This document shows positions 15,461 through 23,813 of a DNA stretch of 24,000 bases, in pieces. Made by a program: the position numbers and the translations under genes. Numbering within the stretch: the stretch's first letter is position 1; the number at the start of each line of letters is the position of its first letter. The stretch lies in sequence record MH713599.1. One strand, given 5' to 3'. Source of the DNA: Acinetobacter phage KARL-1. The notes below the pieces were generated by a model. It was given only the letters and a program-made list of their open reading frames with translations. It searched no databases and had not been told where the DNA came from.

Positions 15461-15493
15461 TGTCTTATCAAATTATGATACAGGAAATATGAA

Positions 15494-15952
15494 ATGAACA
15501 AATCTCTTATGATGCTTAAAGACCTTCGTTTAGTTAAAAGTCAATTTATTGCTCGATTGACAGCTAAAGGTGCTCTATATGAACCTCATACAACTGAACC
15601 GCCAGTTTCAGATCTAACAAAGCCTGGTTTCTACTTTTTAGTTCACACAAGCCGCCAAGAAGTTTATGCACGTTTTTATGTAGGACGTCAACGTACCGGT
15701 TCTGGGTTACGAAACATCGTGTCACAAATTCGCCTACGTCGCACTAAAACAGGTGAAATGATTATGGGATCATTCTCTTCATTTGATATTCACTATGTTA
15801 GTCTAGACAAAATGAAAGCTATTACTAATGGTTATGGCAAAGGCAAACTCGCATTAGCTCTAACACGTCAACACGCAGATTCATTCCAAAATCTAGAAGA
15901 AATGAATCGTATGTTGAATGACAACTTTAAATTTCGCGCACAGAAGTACTAA
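15494..15952 (+). CDS. hypothetical protein
   Basis: 152 aa ORF immediately after promoter; GFYFLVHTSRQEVYARFYVGRQRTGSGLRNIVSQIR has a faint GIY-YIG-like look only. Confidence 0.7.
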   Translation: MNKSLMMLKDLRLVKSQFIARLTAKGALYEPHTTEPPVSDLTKPGFYFLVHTSRQEVYARFYVGRQRTGSGLRNIVSQIRLRRTKTGEMIMGSFSSFDIHYVSLDKMKAITNGYGKGKLALALTRQHADSFQNLEEMNRMLNDNFKFRAQKY

Positions 15953-15963
15953 TTGGAGCACCT

Positions 15964-16122
15964 ATGAGCAATAATCAACTTTTAGGTCTTGTGTTAATGT
16001 TCTGTTATGCAACAGTACATAAAATGATGCCACCGATGGATTTTACTGATTCTGGATATTTGTTTGGCTTGGCATTAACTTCAATCATCACATTTGTTAT
16101 TTGTTTTAAATTAATCAAGTAA
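15964..16122 (+). CDS. small membrane protein (52 aa)
   Basis: MSNNQLLGLVLMFCYATVHKMMPPMDFTDSGYLFGLALTSIITFVICFKLIK*; GGAGCACCT upstream. Confidence 0.6.
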   Translation: MSNNQLLGLVLMFCYATVHKMMPPMDFTDSGYLFGLALTSIITFVICFKLIK

Positions 16123-16137
16123 CACGTTTCAAATTAG

Positions 16138-16161
16138 CTGGTTAAGTTTGTGCTTAACCAG
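16138..16161 (+). terminator. rho-independent terminator before gene 52
   Basis: CTGGTTAAG-TTTGTG-CTTAACCAG followed by TTTTGTGTTT. Confidence 0.75.
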
Positions 16162-16176
16162 TTTTGTGTTTATAAT
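16149..16176 (+). promoter_or_regulatory. middle promoter-like site for gene 52 (overlaps terminator)
   Basis: MotA-box-like tgTGCTTaA (16149-16157) - 13 nt - TATAAT (16171-16176). Confidence 0.55.
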
Positions 16177-16202
16177 GAACAAAAATACAGAGGAACCAAT
16201 CT

Positions 16203-17546
16203 ATGCAAAACACTGAACGTGAATTGACTGACATCGTTAATCATGAAGCTAAAGCTTATGCGATGTACACAGTCGAGAATCGTGCGATTCCTAATATGAT
16301 TGATGGCTTTAAGCCCGTTCAACGATTCATGATTTATCGTGCAATTCAACTAGCTAAAGGCAATAAGGACAAAATGCATAAACTGGCTTCAGTTGCTGGT
16401 GGAGTTGCTGATGCTGGTTATCACCATGGTGAAAATTCGGCTCAAGAAGCTGGCGCTTTAATGGCAAACACATGGAATAACAACTTCCCATTTTTAGATG
16501 GGCAAGGTAACTTTGGTTCTCGTCTTGTACAAGAATCTGCTGCATCTCGTTATATTTTCTGTCGAATTTCTGAAAACTTTAATAAAGTGTTTAAAGATCA
16601 TGAAATTGCTCCAGAACATGAAGACAAAGAACATCTTCCGCCTAAGTTCTATTTGCCAGTTATTCCAACAGTACTTTTAAATGGTGTACGTGGTATTGCA
16701 ACAGGTTATTCGACTTCTATCTTGCCACATAGTTTTTCATCAATAGTACATTGCACAAAGATGGCTCTTGAAGGTAACCTTGAAATTGAACCGGAAGTAG
16801 CATTCCCAGAATTCAATGGTGAAGTTCGTTATATTGAACCAGGTAAATATGAACTTCATGGAGTATATGAATTAACTTCAAAAACTCAAATGTACATTTC
16901 TGAAATTCCATATTCATGGGATCGTGCAAAATATGTCGAAAAAGTTCTTGATCCCCTTGAAGATGCAGGTCTTATCTCATATGACGATGACTGTTCGAAG
17001 AAAGGTTTCGGATTTAAGGTCAAGTTCCGCAAAGATTATAATTTGCCGAGTGACGGTGTTTTAGCTGATGAAAAAATTAAACGTGATTTTAAATTGGTTG
17101 AACGGGTATCGCAAAACATTGTTGTTATCGATGAAAATGGAAAACTCAATGACAAATTTGAAACTGCTGCGCAATTAATCGAGCACTTTGTTAAAGTTCG
17201 CTTGAAGTTTATCGCAAAACGAATCGAGTACATGAAGACTAAAGCTGAAGAAACATTCAAACTCGCGATTGCCAAAGCATTGTTTATCAAAGAAGTCAAT
17301 CTTGGTAACATTGCAGTTAAAGGCAGAACACGTGCTCAGTTGAAAGAAGAGTTATCTAAAACTTCGGTGTTTGTTGGATTTGAAGATCAACTGGTATCAA
17401 TGAACATCTATCACATGACTGACGATGAAGTCGAAAATCTCAAGAAACGTGCACATGAAGCTAAGGCTGAAGTTGAATACTGGCAATCAACTACTCCTTA
17501 TGCGGAGTACAAAAAAGATTTAGATGAACTTTCTAAAATTAAGTGA
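16203..17546 (+). CDS. 52: DNA topoisomerase II medium subunit (T4 gp52-like)
   Basis: DIVNHEAKAYAMYTVENRAIPNMIDGFKPVQRFMI; GYHHGENSAQEAGALMANTWNNNFPFLDGQGNFGSRLVQESAASRYIF. Confidence 0.96.
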   Translation: MQNTERELTDIVNHEAKAYAMYTVENRAIPNMIDGFKPVQRFMIYRAIQLAKGNKDKMHKLASVAGGVADAGYHHGENSAQEAGALMANTWNNNFPFLDGQGNFGSRLVQESAASRYIFCRISENFNKVFKDHEIAPEHEDKEHLPPKFYLPVIPTVLLNGVRGIATGYSTSILPHSFSSIVHCTKMALEGNLEIEPEVAFPEFNGEVRYIEPGKYELHGVYELTSKTQMYISEIPYSWDRAKYVEKVLDPLEDAGLISYDDDCSKKGFGFKVKFRKDYNLPSDGVLADEKIKRDFKLVERVSQNIVVIDENGKLNDKFETAAQLIEHFVKVRLKFIAKRIEYMKTKAEETFKLAIAKALFIKEVNLGNIAVKGRTRAQLKEELSKTSVFVGFEDQLVSMNIYHMTDDEVENLKKRAHEAKAEVEYWQSTTPYAEYKKDLDELSKIK

Positions 17547-17549
17547 TTA

Positions 17550-17573
17550 AAAAGGGACCTTATGGTCCCTTTT
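17550..17573 (+). terminator. rho-independent terminator after gene 52
   Basis: AAAAGGGACC-TTAT-GGTCCCTTTT then GTTGTTT. Confidence 0.85.
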
Positions 17574-17577
17574 GTTG

Positions 17578-17606
17578 TTTACATTGATAGCAATTTTTGA
17601 TATTAT
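17578..17606 (+). promoter_or_regulatory. early promoter for motA-asiA
   Basis: TTTACA (17578-17583) - 17 nt - TATTAT (17601-17606), then AGTCTTATCAAAT. Confidence 0.7.
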
Positions 17607-17633
17607 AGTCTTATCAAATAATTGGGAATAAAA

Positions 17634-18251
17634 ATGGATAAATTGTTTTATTTGGACCAAGCGTCCAAACAATTAAATCTATGCAACGTACCGAGTGATC
17701 AAGGTTTAAAATTATTACTTAAACTATATGGTACTCAATACCATACTAAAGATGAATTAGGTGATCACCTGGAAGAATTGTTACAATGTGGCCTCATTGA
17801 AGAATCAAATGGCATGTACATCATTTCAGTTTTAGGTGATGAACTTGTCGAAACTGCAATGAATTTATTCGTTGCTGCTGAACGTCCAGATCTACTTGTT
17901 AAACGCAATGGCTCCACAAAACGCGAGATCACCAAAGACATGGAATCATGTCGTGATCATGCAGTTGAATACCTCAAAGACAAAATTGCTATTAAAGAAG
18001 TTACAACAAGCCGAAGTAACATCTTTATTATATTTGAGAAACGATGCAAAGGTATAGGCTCTATCGAAATTAAAAACAAACCTGAAATCCGTGTTTGTAT
18101 TCGTAAGCCATCTCAAGAAACTATAGACTTATTTGCATCAATTGGAATGTCATATCGATCTGCTCCGGCACAAACATATTTTGATATGCCACGTTCTTTA
18201 GAGAACATTGAAATTCTAATCGACACGATCATCAAATTCTTCAACATTTAA
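17634..18251 (+). CDS. motA: MotA-like middle transcription activator
   Basis: 206 aa; LLVKRNGSTKREITKDMESCRDHAVEYLKDK...TTSRSNIFIIFEKRCKGIGSIEI...IGMSYRSAPAQTYFDMPRSLENIE parallels T4 MotA (ELLKKRATRKAREITSDME...YRSNYLAILEKRTNGIRNFEI...SAENIE). Confidence 0.85.
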   Translation: MDKLFYLDQASKQLNLCNVPSDQGLKLLLKLYGTQYHTKDELGDHLEELLQCGLIEESNGMYIISVLGDELVETAMNLFVAAERPDLLVKRNGSTKREITKDMESCRDHAVEYLKDKIAIKEVTTSRSNIFIIFEKRCKGIGSIEIKNKPEIRVCIRKPSQETIDLFASIGMSYRSAPAQTYFDMPRSLENIEILIDTIIKFFNI

Positions 18252-18262
18252 GGAACTCTATC

Positions 18263-18538
18263 ATGGTATACGAAACTCTTGCAGAAATCATTGCTGTTGT
18301 ATCAATTCTTATCAAATTTGGGCATGATGACATCCTTGAAGACAAGAATTTGTTCATTGCATTTTTAAATGAGCTTGGCATTACAATCAATGGCAAAAAG
18401 GTCACTGCTGCCGGATTGTTCAATTTGACACAAGACATTACAACTCGCCAAAAAGAACAACTTATCGCAGAATTTAATATTGGACATGCACCAATCTACA
18501 AAAAATTAGCAATGTACACTAACACTGCTAAGTTCTAA
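18263..18538 (+). CDS. asiA: AsiA-like anti-sigma70 factor
   Basis: 91 aa; EIIAVVSILIKFGHDDILEDKNLFIAFLNELGITINGKKVTAAGL...LIAEFNIGHAPIYKKLAMYTN closely parallels T4 AsiA. Confidence 0.93.
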   Translation: MVYETLAEIIAVVSILIKFGHDDILEDKNLFIAFLNELGITINGKKVTAAGLFNLTQDITTRQKEQLIAEFNIGHAPIYKKLAMYTNTAKF

Positions 18539-19270
18539 TTATCTAGCACGCCCTATTGCTCTAGCGGCTTGGTTACATATTGAATCAAGTCGCTTTTTGG
18601 CAACTCTTGGATGTTGATACCAATACATTGCAACAGAACCTGAATAAATGTTATCGAGATTAAAATATGGGCAACTGTACATGAATGTTACACCTTTCTC
18701 ATCTTCAGTAGTCGGAAGATAACCGAATTCTGAATCCGTAGTGAATGATTGTCCACTTAAATGAGCAATATATTCATTGGATGTTTTATCGACTGGGTAT
18801 CCACCCATGTTCTTCGGATCAACTGTAGGCGGGATTCGCCCTTCATAAACCTCTAAGTCTACAAAGTAGTTTAAGTTTTTAGGTCTGAAAACGTATACTG
18901 CTGAGAAGTCAGCGCCTGATGCGACATGCGCTATTTGCAGTTGCTCTTGAATAGTTGCATTAAACCTCTTTGTGCGTTCAGCTTGGATAGCTTGAGCATA
19001 CTTTTCATATGACGCCTCCACATATAATTTTCCTATGGCATCACTCTTTACCCAAATCATTATCATGATAAACACTGCAAAAAGGGCTGCTACTCGAGAT
19101 GCGAGAAGTTTTCCTGTTGCTCCATCCTTGAATAGTATATTCAATAAGCCAAATATAAAATCAAATACAGGTAGAGAGCTACGTTGTGAATCATTTCTGT
19201 TTTTTTCAGGTGTAAGTGTGCCATCTTCAGCCTGTGCTGAGGGTTGTTGGTCTTTGATCGAAGTGTTCAT
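18539..19270 (-). CDS. t: T4-type holin
   Basis: FDFIFGLLNILFKDGATGKLLASRVAALFAVFIMIMIWVKSD; DFSAVYVFRPKNLNYFVDLEVYEGRIPP; YMYSCPYFNLDNIYSG...RLDSICNQAARAIGRAR. Confidence 0.95.
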   Translation of the reverse strand: MNTSIKDQQPSAQAEDGTLTPEKNRNDSQRSSLPVFDFIFGLLNILFKDGATGKLLASRVAALFAVFIMIMIWVKSDAIGKLYVEASYEKYAQAIQAERTKRFNATIQEQLQIAHVASGADFSAVYVFRPKNLNYFVDLEVYEGRIPPTVDPKNMGGYPVDKTSNEYIAHLSGQSFTTDSEFGYLPTTEDEKGVTFMYSCPYFNLDNIYSGSVAMYWYQHPRVAKKRLDSICNQAARAIGRAR

Positions 19271-19297
19271 AGTTAGTCATTTATGATTTAATAGAGA

Positions 19298-19309
19298 TAT
19301 TTATAAATA
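19298..19309. promoter_or_regulatory. overlapping divergent late promoters
   Basis: TATTTATAAATA: minus-strand TATAAATA (19305-19298) 27 nt before the t start, and plus-strand TATAAATA (19302-19309) 24 nt before ATG 19334. Confidence 0.78.
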
Positions 19310-19333
19310 GCATGATTTATAAAGGAGAATCAT

Positions 19334-19906
19334 ATGAAACCGACTAAATTTGAAGATATTAAAGTAGGCGAATTTTACAACATTGTCCTTGAGCGTGGGT
19401 CAGATGTTTATACAAAATGGATGGTAATATTTAAAAATCCTAGCAATTCTACAGTAGTATGCGCTAAAATAAGAACATTACAAGGCAGCCTTAAAGGTAA
19501 ATATGAAGATGAGTATATCGATATTGAAGTTCTAGATGGCGTGAAACAAGTCTATGCAACAGAACTTACTAGAGTAACTACGTCATATAATAACGAACCA
19601 GCATCGGTTTTTGACTGTGTTAGAAGCTTTAAGTTTATTATAAATTCCAAAGATGAATTAGATTTTCTAGTCGCTAAATATGGGCCTCATAAATTAGGAA
19701 TGGATTATGAAGACAAAATCAAAACATTTCCTTATTATTTTATTAATAGAACTTCATTCGGCACAACGCCAGACAACGTAAGTAAGGAGCAATATGACAA
19801 TGATGTTGCAATTCCATTTAAAATAACTGAGTCCGGATTAGAATTTGATTCAGAAGCAAAAGCCGGTAAAGTTATAGTTGGTAATGAAATAATTGTAATG
19901 AAATAA
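19334..19906 (+). CDS. hypothetical protein in opposite orientation between genes 37 and t
   Basis: 190 aa ORF with AAAGGAGAATCAT RBS and upstream late promoter motif. Confidence 0.8.
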   Translation: MKPTKFEDIKVGEFYNIVLERGSDVYTKWMVIFKNPSNSTVVCAKIRTLQGSLKGKYEDEYIDIEVLDGVKQVYATELTRVTTSYNNEPASVFDCVRSFKFIINSKDELDFLVAKYGPHKLGMDYEDKIKTFPYYFINRTSFGTTPDNVSKEQYDNDVAIPFKITESGLEFDSEAKAGKVIVGNEIIVMK

Positions 19907-19933
19907 AAATGGGAGCCTTAAAGCTCCCATTTT
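19906..19933. terminator. bidirectional terminator between convergent genes
   Basis: AAAATGGGAGC-CTTAAA-GCTCCCATTTT. Confidence 0.85.
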
Positions 19934-19943
19934 AGTATTTAAA

Positions 19944-22900
19944 TTATACAATGTCCCAGATTTGTGCAGTTACCATATTAGAACGCATTCTTGCTGAAGA
20001 ATCTGTATCGGCAGCGAAGAAATTCAATCTATCAGGAGAAATCATAGCGCCTGCAGTTATCACCGGCTGCACAGGATTAAGATACCAAATATTTTTATCT
20101 GCAACCCATATTGCATCTTGCGAAGATCCGCTAAGATTATATGTAGCATCAGTTGTCGGAGAATTGAGTTTCAATACATATGCCCATTGACTGTCTTGTG
20201 GCCCTGTTGTGCCAATGATTTGGCTAATTGTGCCCTCAAAATAACAACCATACGCAGAATATGTTATCGCCATAACATTAACTCCGAGCCCACTGCCAGA
20301 TAGCCCATGGTTAGGTGCATTAAGATCAACTTCAACCCATGTTAAGCCGGTATTGACATAGGTTACTGTGCCATTGATTGGTAACATAGTATTACTAAAT
20401 GCGAGATGATACACTGTGCCGATTTTCACATTAAATCTCAATACTGCCAATCTGTTACCCGGATTATCGTCTGCTAATCTAACACGAAGTGTATTTGCAT
20501 CAACAATAGTTAGTGTAGGCGTCATAGATTGCAATATGGTACCCTTCCATGATGCAACGAGTTTCGCATTTTTTTGCGGTGTCACTGCAAGAGTTTGCGC
20601 TTTAATTGCCTCAGGAACCACGCCAGATACTTTAGAACCATCAACTGCGTTTGCAGTCAATACTACATTTTGCTGCCCATCAAATGCAACAGCATTAGTA
20701 GTGATGCCACCAGTAATTTGGAAAGATCGTGGTGTTTTCAAACGTACTGCATAGGCAGATGCACCAGTTTCAGCAACATTAACATTTTGAACAAATGCTG
20801 TAGTGGCAATTGACGTGTTGTTAGTTTCAGTGGCTTGTGTCGCAACAGTTAATGGGATGATAGCGTTGTCTGTACCATCAAATTGCACTGAACCTGATGC
20901 ACCTGAACCTGTAATACCAATTGCGCGAGCGGTTTGTAACGTAGTTGCAGTAGATGCATTACCATTAAGCGAACCAGTAAGTGTTCCGCTAATAGTACCA
21001 TTGAATGTACCACTGAACGTACCGGTGAATCCTCCAACTGCATTAGCGACACCTGCAGAACTTACTGTAAACAATTCTGTAAATGTATGTGTTGGATCAA
21101 CCCAATTTGCATTAGATTTAGATACACTAAATGGAGTATCTGCCCCGACGCCGATAAATGCTTTAGAACCCCTTTTCTTGACAAGCGCAAGATCTTTATC
21201 ATTGCCGACATTAATCATTGTATTGTCGTTTAATGTTTGGATGCTCCCACTAGTAGACAATACACCAGCAGTAGAAATAGATGCAACGTTTTCGTTGTTG
21301 TCACTTCGTTGGAAAATCCATCCACGTTTTTCAACACTACTAGCGGCACAAGTTAAATATACTGCCCACGTAGCATTAGTCAAATCACCATGTTTACCAG
21401 TTCCTGCATTACTAGTACCAGTGAAAGTAATGCCGTAAGTTGGTTTGCCAGATTGAGCGCCACCATATAAACTTAAACCCGCTAAAACTGTATTAGAAGT
21501 ATTAGAAATACCTAATCCAGTAGATACACTAATACTACTAGCAGAAATAATTCCTGCGCCTATTGAGCCATTAAATGAATGAGAAGCTGCAATATATGAC
21601 AATGCTCCATTTCCTATAGCAGTAGTTCCGCCAGAAGACATAATTCTTGCATCATAATCTATATTACTAGTGCCAGAATGAAAATCAATATAAACTGGGC
21701 CAGCTGTACCAATTGTACCTAATTCATTTTGATTACCTAAATAACTAGATCCGGAACTTCTCAAATCGCCAGAATTATTTAATCCCGTTGTGTTTGTAAT
21801 TCCATTTACGGTTAAATTGTCGATAAATCTTCCGGCTCCTGTGAAAGTTGGTGCATCAGTATATGCCACTTCTCTCCAAGCTCCTGTAGTACCGCCGTAG
21901 ATGTAGATATTACGGATCCATGTTCTACTAGAACCAGGACTATAGATCGTAAATGTTTGTTTAACGCCAGCAGTTCTTTCTACCAATAAGCAGAATGCAG
22001 CGCCAGTAAAAGGTCCATTTTTGATCGTTTGAGCCACTGCGTCTGTGTCGCAGTAGTAAAAACCTTCAGTTAAGTATGTATTCAAATCCGCACCAGCTGG
22101 AATACCTTCAGCTAATTGCTGTATTCGAATGTTACTAGTTCCATCAAAAGCAACACCATTGATAGTTCTAGGTGTTTGGAGTTTAGTAGCAGAATCTGCA
22201 TTACCTTTAAGTATAATAGGCCCATTTGTGTTTTCAATAGTTCGACCGCCTTTAAATAAAAACGCTTCAGTTGATGCGCCATCTGAAGATCCTGTAGCTA
22301 TGTACATTCCAGAATCAGCCCAATCTGGGCCTGGGCGATATACACCGATAGATGTAACTGTTCTGTATCCTGAAGACGATTGTACATTACCTCCAAGGAA
22401 AGGCACAAAGCCATATGTTGTATAAACATTGGTGTCGTTTACTTTAAATGGGATATTGTTGCCAACGCCTATAGCTGCTAAAGAAGCATACGGTGCGGAA
22501 TCGCCTGCGACTATACCTTCTTTAGAAAAAATCCCAAATGCACGTGTCGATGTGCCATATTGGTTATTTACTTCTAAATTTCTTACCCGTATTCCACCTG
22601 TGTTTGAATTATTTACTGAAGGCCCTAAAAAGCTAATTGGTACAGTGACATCATTGCTAATGCTAGGAGTAGTAATACCTTGAGTAACGACTAAACGTCC
22701 TGAAATGGTATCTCCACTTCTATTAACTTTAGTGTCTTGAAGGGCTTTGCCTTGAGCAGCAGTTAACGCTTCTGTGACAGATGTAGAAGTTAATGTATTG
22801 TTTAATTTAACTAAACCTGCTTGGCCTGTAGTTGCAGAATTAATTGTTAATGCAGTAGAAACGTTTGCCGTGCCATCAAATAACAATGAACCTCTCGCGT

Positions 22901-23801
22901 CACCGGTGAAGGTTAATGTACGGCCTATTTCTAAACGTTTAGCCATTGCTACACCTTCAAGTGGCATAGTGGCATTTATTGTATAGTTAGATATATCGGC
23001 TTCAATTGCCATATAAATCGGGTCATTAGGGTCATCATATGATGCTGTATTATTAGCAGTTAAATAAATTTTCTCAATACTAATATTGTAATATGACCAT
23101 GAAGAAGGTGATGCACCGGCTTCGCCTAAAATAATAACTTGGTGATCGCCAGCTTGTCCCCAACGAACAGTATCGAATGGCGCCGGGCCGCCTGTTGAAA
23201 TTGCTTGGTATGAGTGCCAAGCTGCACCAGTGTAATTATATCCACTAATATCTACAGACCAGTTACTTTGAGTAGCTCGCCCAGAAACATAATCAAATCC
23301 TTGAATGCACAATTTCATCATTGTGCTAACTGAATTTGCCTTTTTCGGCAAATGAATTACTACTGCTCCTTTAGCAGTACCTTCTGCACGAATTGTTGCT
23401 GCATCACGAATAACACGAGAATTACCAGCAGCGGTCAGCACATCGGTTTTGTATAATTTAGTAGAATCTTCGATAGTAATATCTTTAGTACCATCAAAAA
23501 CTACATCATTAATTTTTCTCCCAGTAAGGAGTCTTGATGCAGTTGCAGCATTACCATTTAATGCACCATTGAATTGTGCAGCTGATACAGCATTACCGCC
23601 TGTTACGTTGATTGGCCCCGCTACTGTACCGCCTTTACCGAACCCAAGTTCAACTGTGTTTGCGCCATTTTTTGAAAATATTGTACGATCAACCAAGTTA
23701 ATGGCTAATTCGCCTTCGTCCAAGAGAGTAGGGCTTGGCACTGCACCTGCTGTCTTAGATCTTAGATGTTTAATTCTGTTAATATTTGGATCTAATGCCA
23801 T
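19944..23801 (-). CDS. 37: long tail fibre distal subunit (T4 gp37-like, host-range determinant)
   Basis: N-terminus RIKHLRSKTAGAVPSPTLLDEGELAINLVDRTIFSKNGANTVELGFGKGG matches the T4 gp37 start; 1285 aa, repeated FDGT-type motifs, pyocin-knob-like segment YYCDTDAVAQTIKNGPFTGAAFCLLVERTAGVKQTFTIYSPGSSRTWIRN...WREV. Confidence 0.93.
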   Translation of the reverse strand: MALDPNINRIKHLRSKTAGAVPSPTLLDEGELAINLVDRTIFSKNGANTVELGFGKGGTVAGPINVTGGNAVSAAQFNGALNGNAATASRLLTGRKINDVVFDGTKDITIEDSTKLYKTDVLTAAGNSRVIRDAATIRAEGTAKGAVVIHLPKKANSVSTMMKLCIQGFDYVSGRATQSNWSVDISGYNYTGAAWHSYQAISTGGPAPFDTVRWGQAGDHQVIILGEAGASPSSWSYYNISIEKIYLTANNTASYDDPNDPIYMAIEADISNYTINATMPLEGVAMAKRLEIGRTLTFTGDARGSLLFDGTANVSTALTINSATTGQAGLVKLNNTLTSTSVTEALTAAQGKALQDTKVNRSGDTISGRLVVTQGITTPSISNDVTVPISFLGPSVNNSNTGGIRVRNLEVNNQYGTSTRAFGIFSKEGIVAGDSAPYASLAAIGVGNNIPFKVNDTNVYTTYGFVPFLGGNVQSSSGYRTVTSIGVYRPGPDWADSGMYIATGSSDGASTEAFLFKGGRTIENTNGPIILKGNADSATKLQTPRTINGVAFDGTSNIRIQQLAEGIPAGADLNTYLTEGFYYCDTDAVAQTIKNGPFTGAAFCLLVERTAGVKQTFTIYSPGSSRTWIRNIYIYGGTTGAWREVAYTDAPTFTGAGRFIDNLTVNGITNTTGLNNSGDLRSSGSSYLGNQNELGTIGTAGPVYIDFHSGTSNIDYDARIMSSGGTTAIGNGALSYIAASHSFNGSIGAGIISASSISVSTGLGISNTSNTVLAGLSLYGGAQSGKPTYGITFTGTSNAGTGKHGDLTNATWAVYLTCAASSVEKRGWIFQRSDNNENVASISTAGVLSTSGSIQTLNDNTMINVGNDKDLALVKKRGSKAFIGVGADTPFSVSKSNANWVDPTHTFTELFTVSSAGVANAVGGFTGTFSGTFNGTISGTLTGSLNGNASTATTLQTARAIGITGSGASGSVQFDGTDNAIIPLTVATQATETNNTSIATTAFVQNVNVAETGASAYAVRLKTPRSFQITGGITTNAVAFDGQQNVVLTANAVDGSKVSGVVPEAIKAQTLAVTPQKNAKLVASWKGTILQSMTPTLTIVDANTLRVRLADDNPGNRLAVLRFNVKIGTVYHLAFSNTMLPINGTVTYVNTGLTWVEVDLNAPNHGLSGSGLGVNVMAITYSAYGCYFEGTISQIIGTTGPQDSQWAYVLKLNSPTTDATYNLSGSSQDAIWVADKNIWYLNPVQPVITAGAMISPDRLNFFAADTDSSARMRSNMVTAQIWDIV

Positions 23802-23813
23802 CTGATAATTTCC

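Noticed and set aside
15494-15952. GIY-YIG homing endonuclease
   Set aside because: Only a loose FYFLVH...FYVGRQ similarity; the spacing and downstream catalytic residues cannot be supported.
20416-23805. Plus-strand ORFs opposite the tail fibre gene (20416-20754, 20803-21438, 22129-22425 and others)
   Set aside because: Antisense shadows of the 1285-aa gp37 frame; low-complexity Val/Pro/Ala-rich sequence with no credible RBS or family signal.
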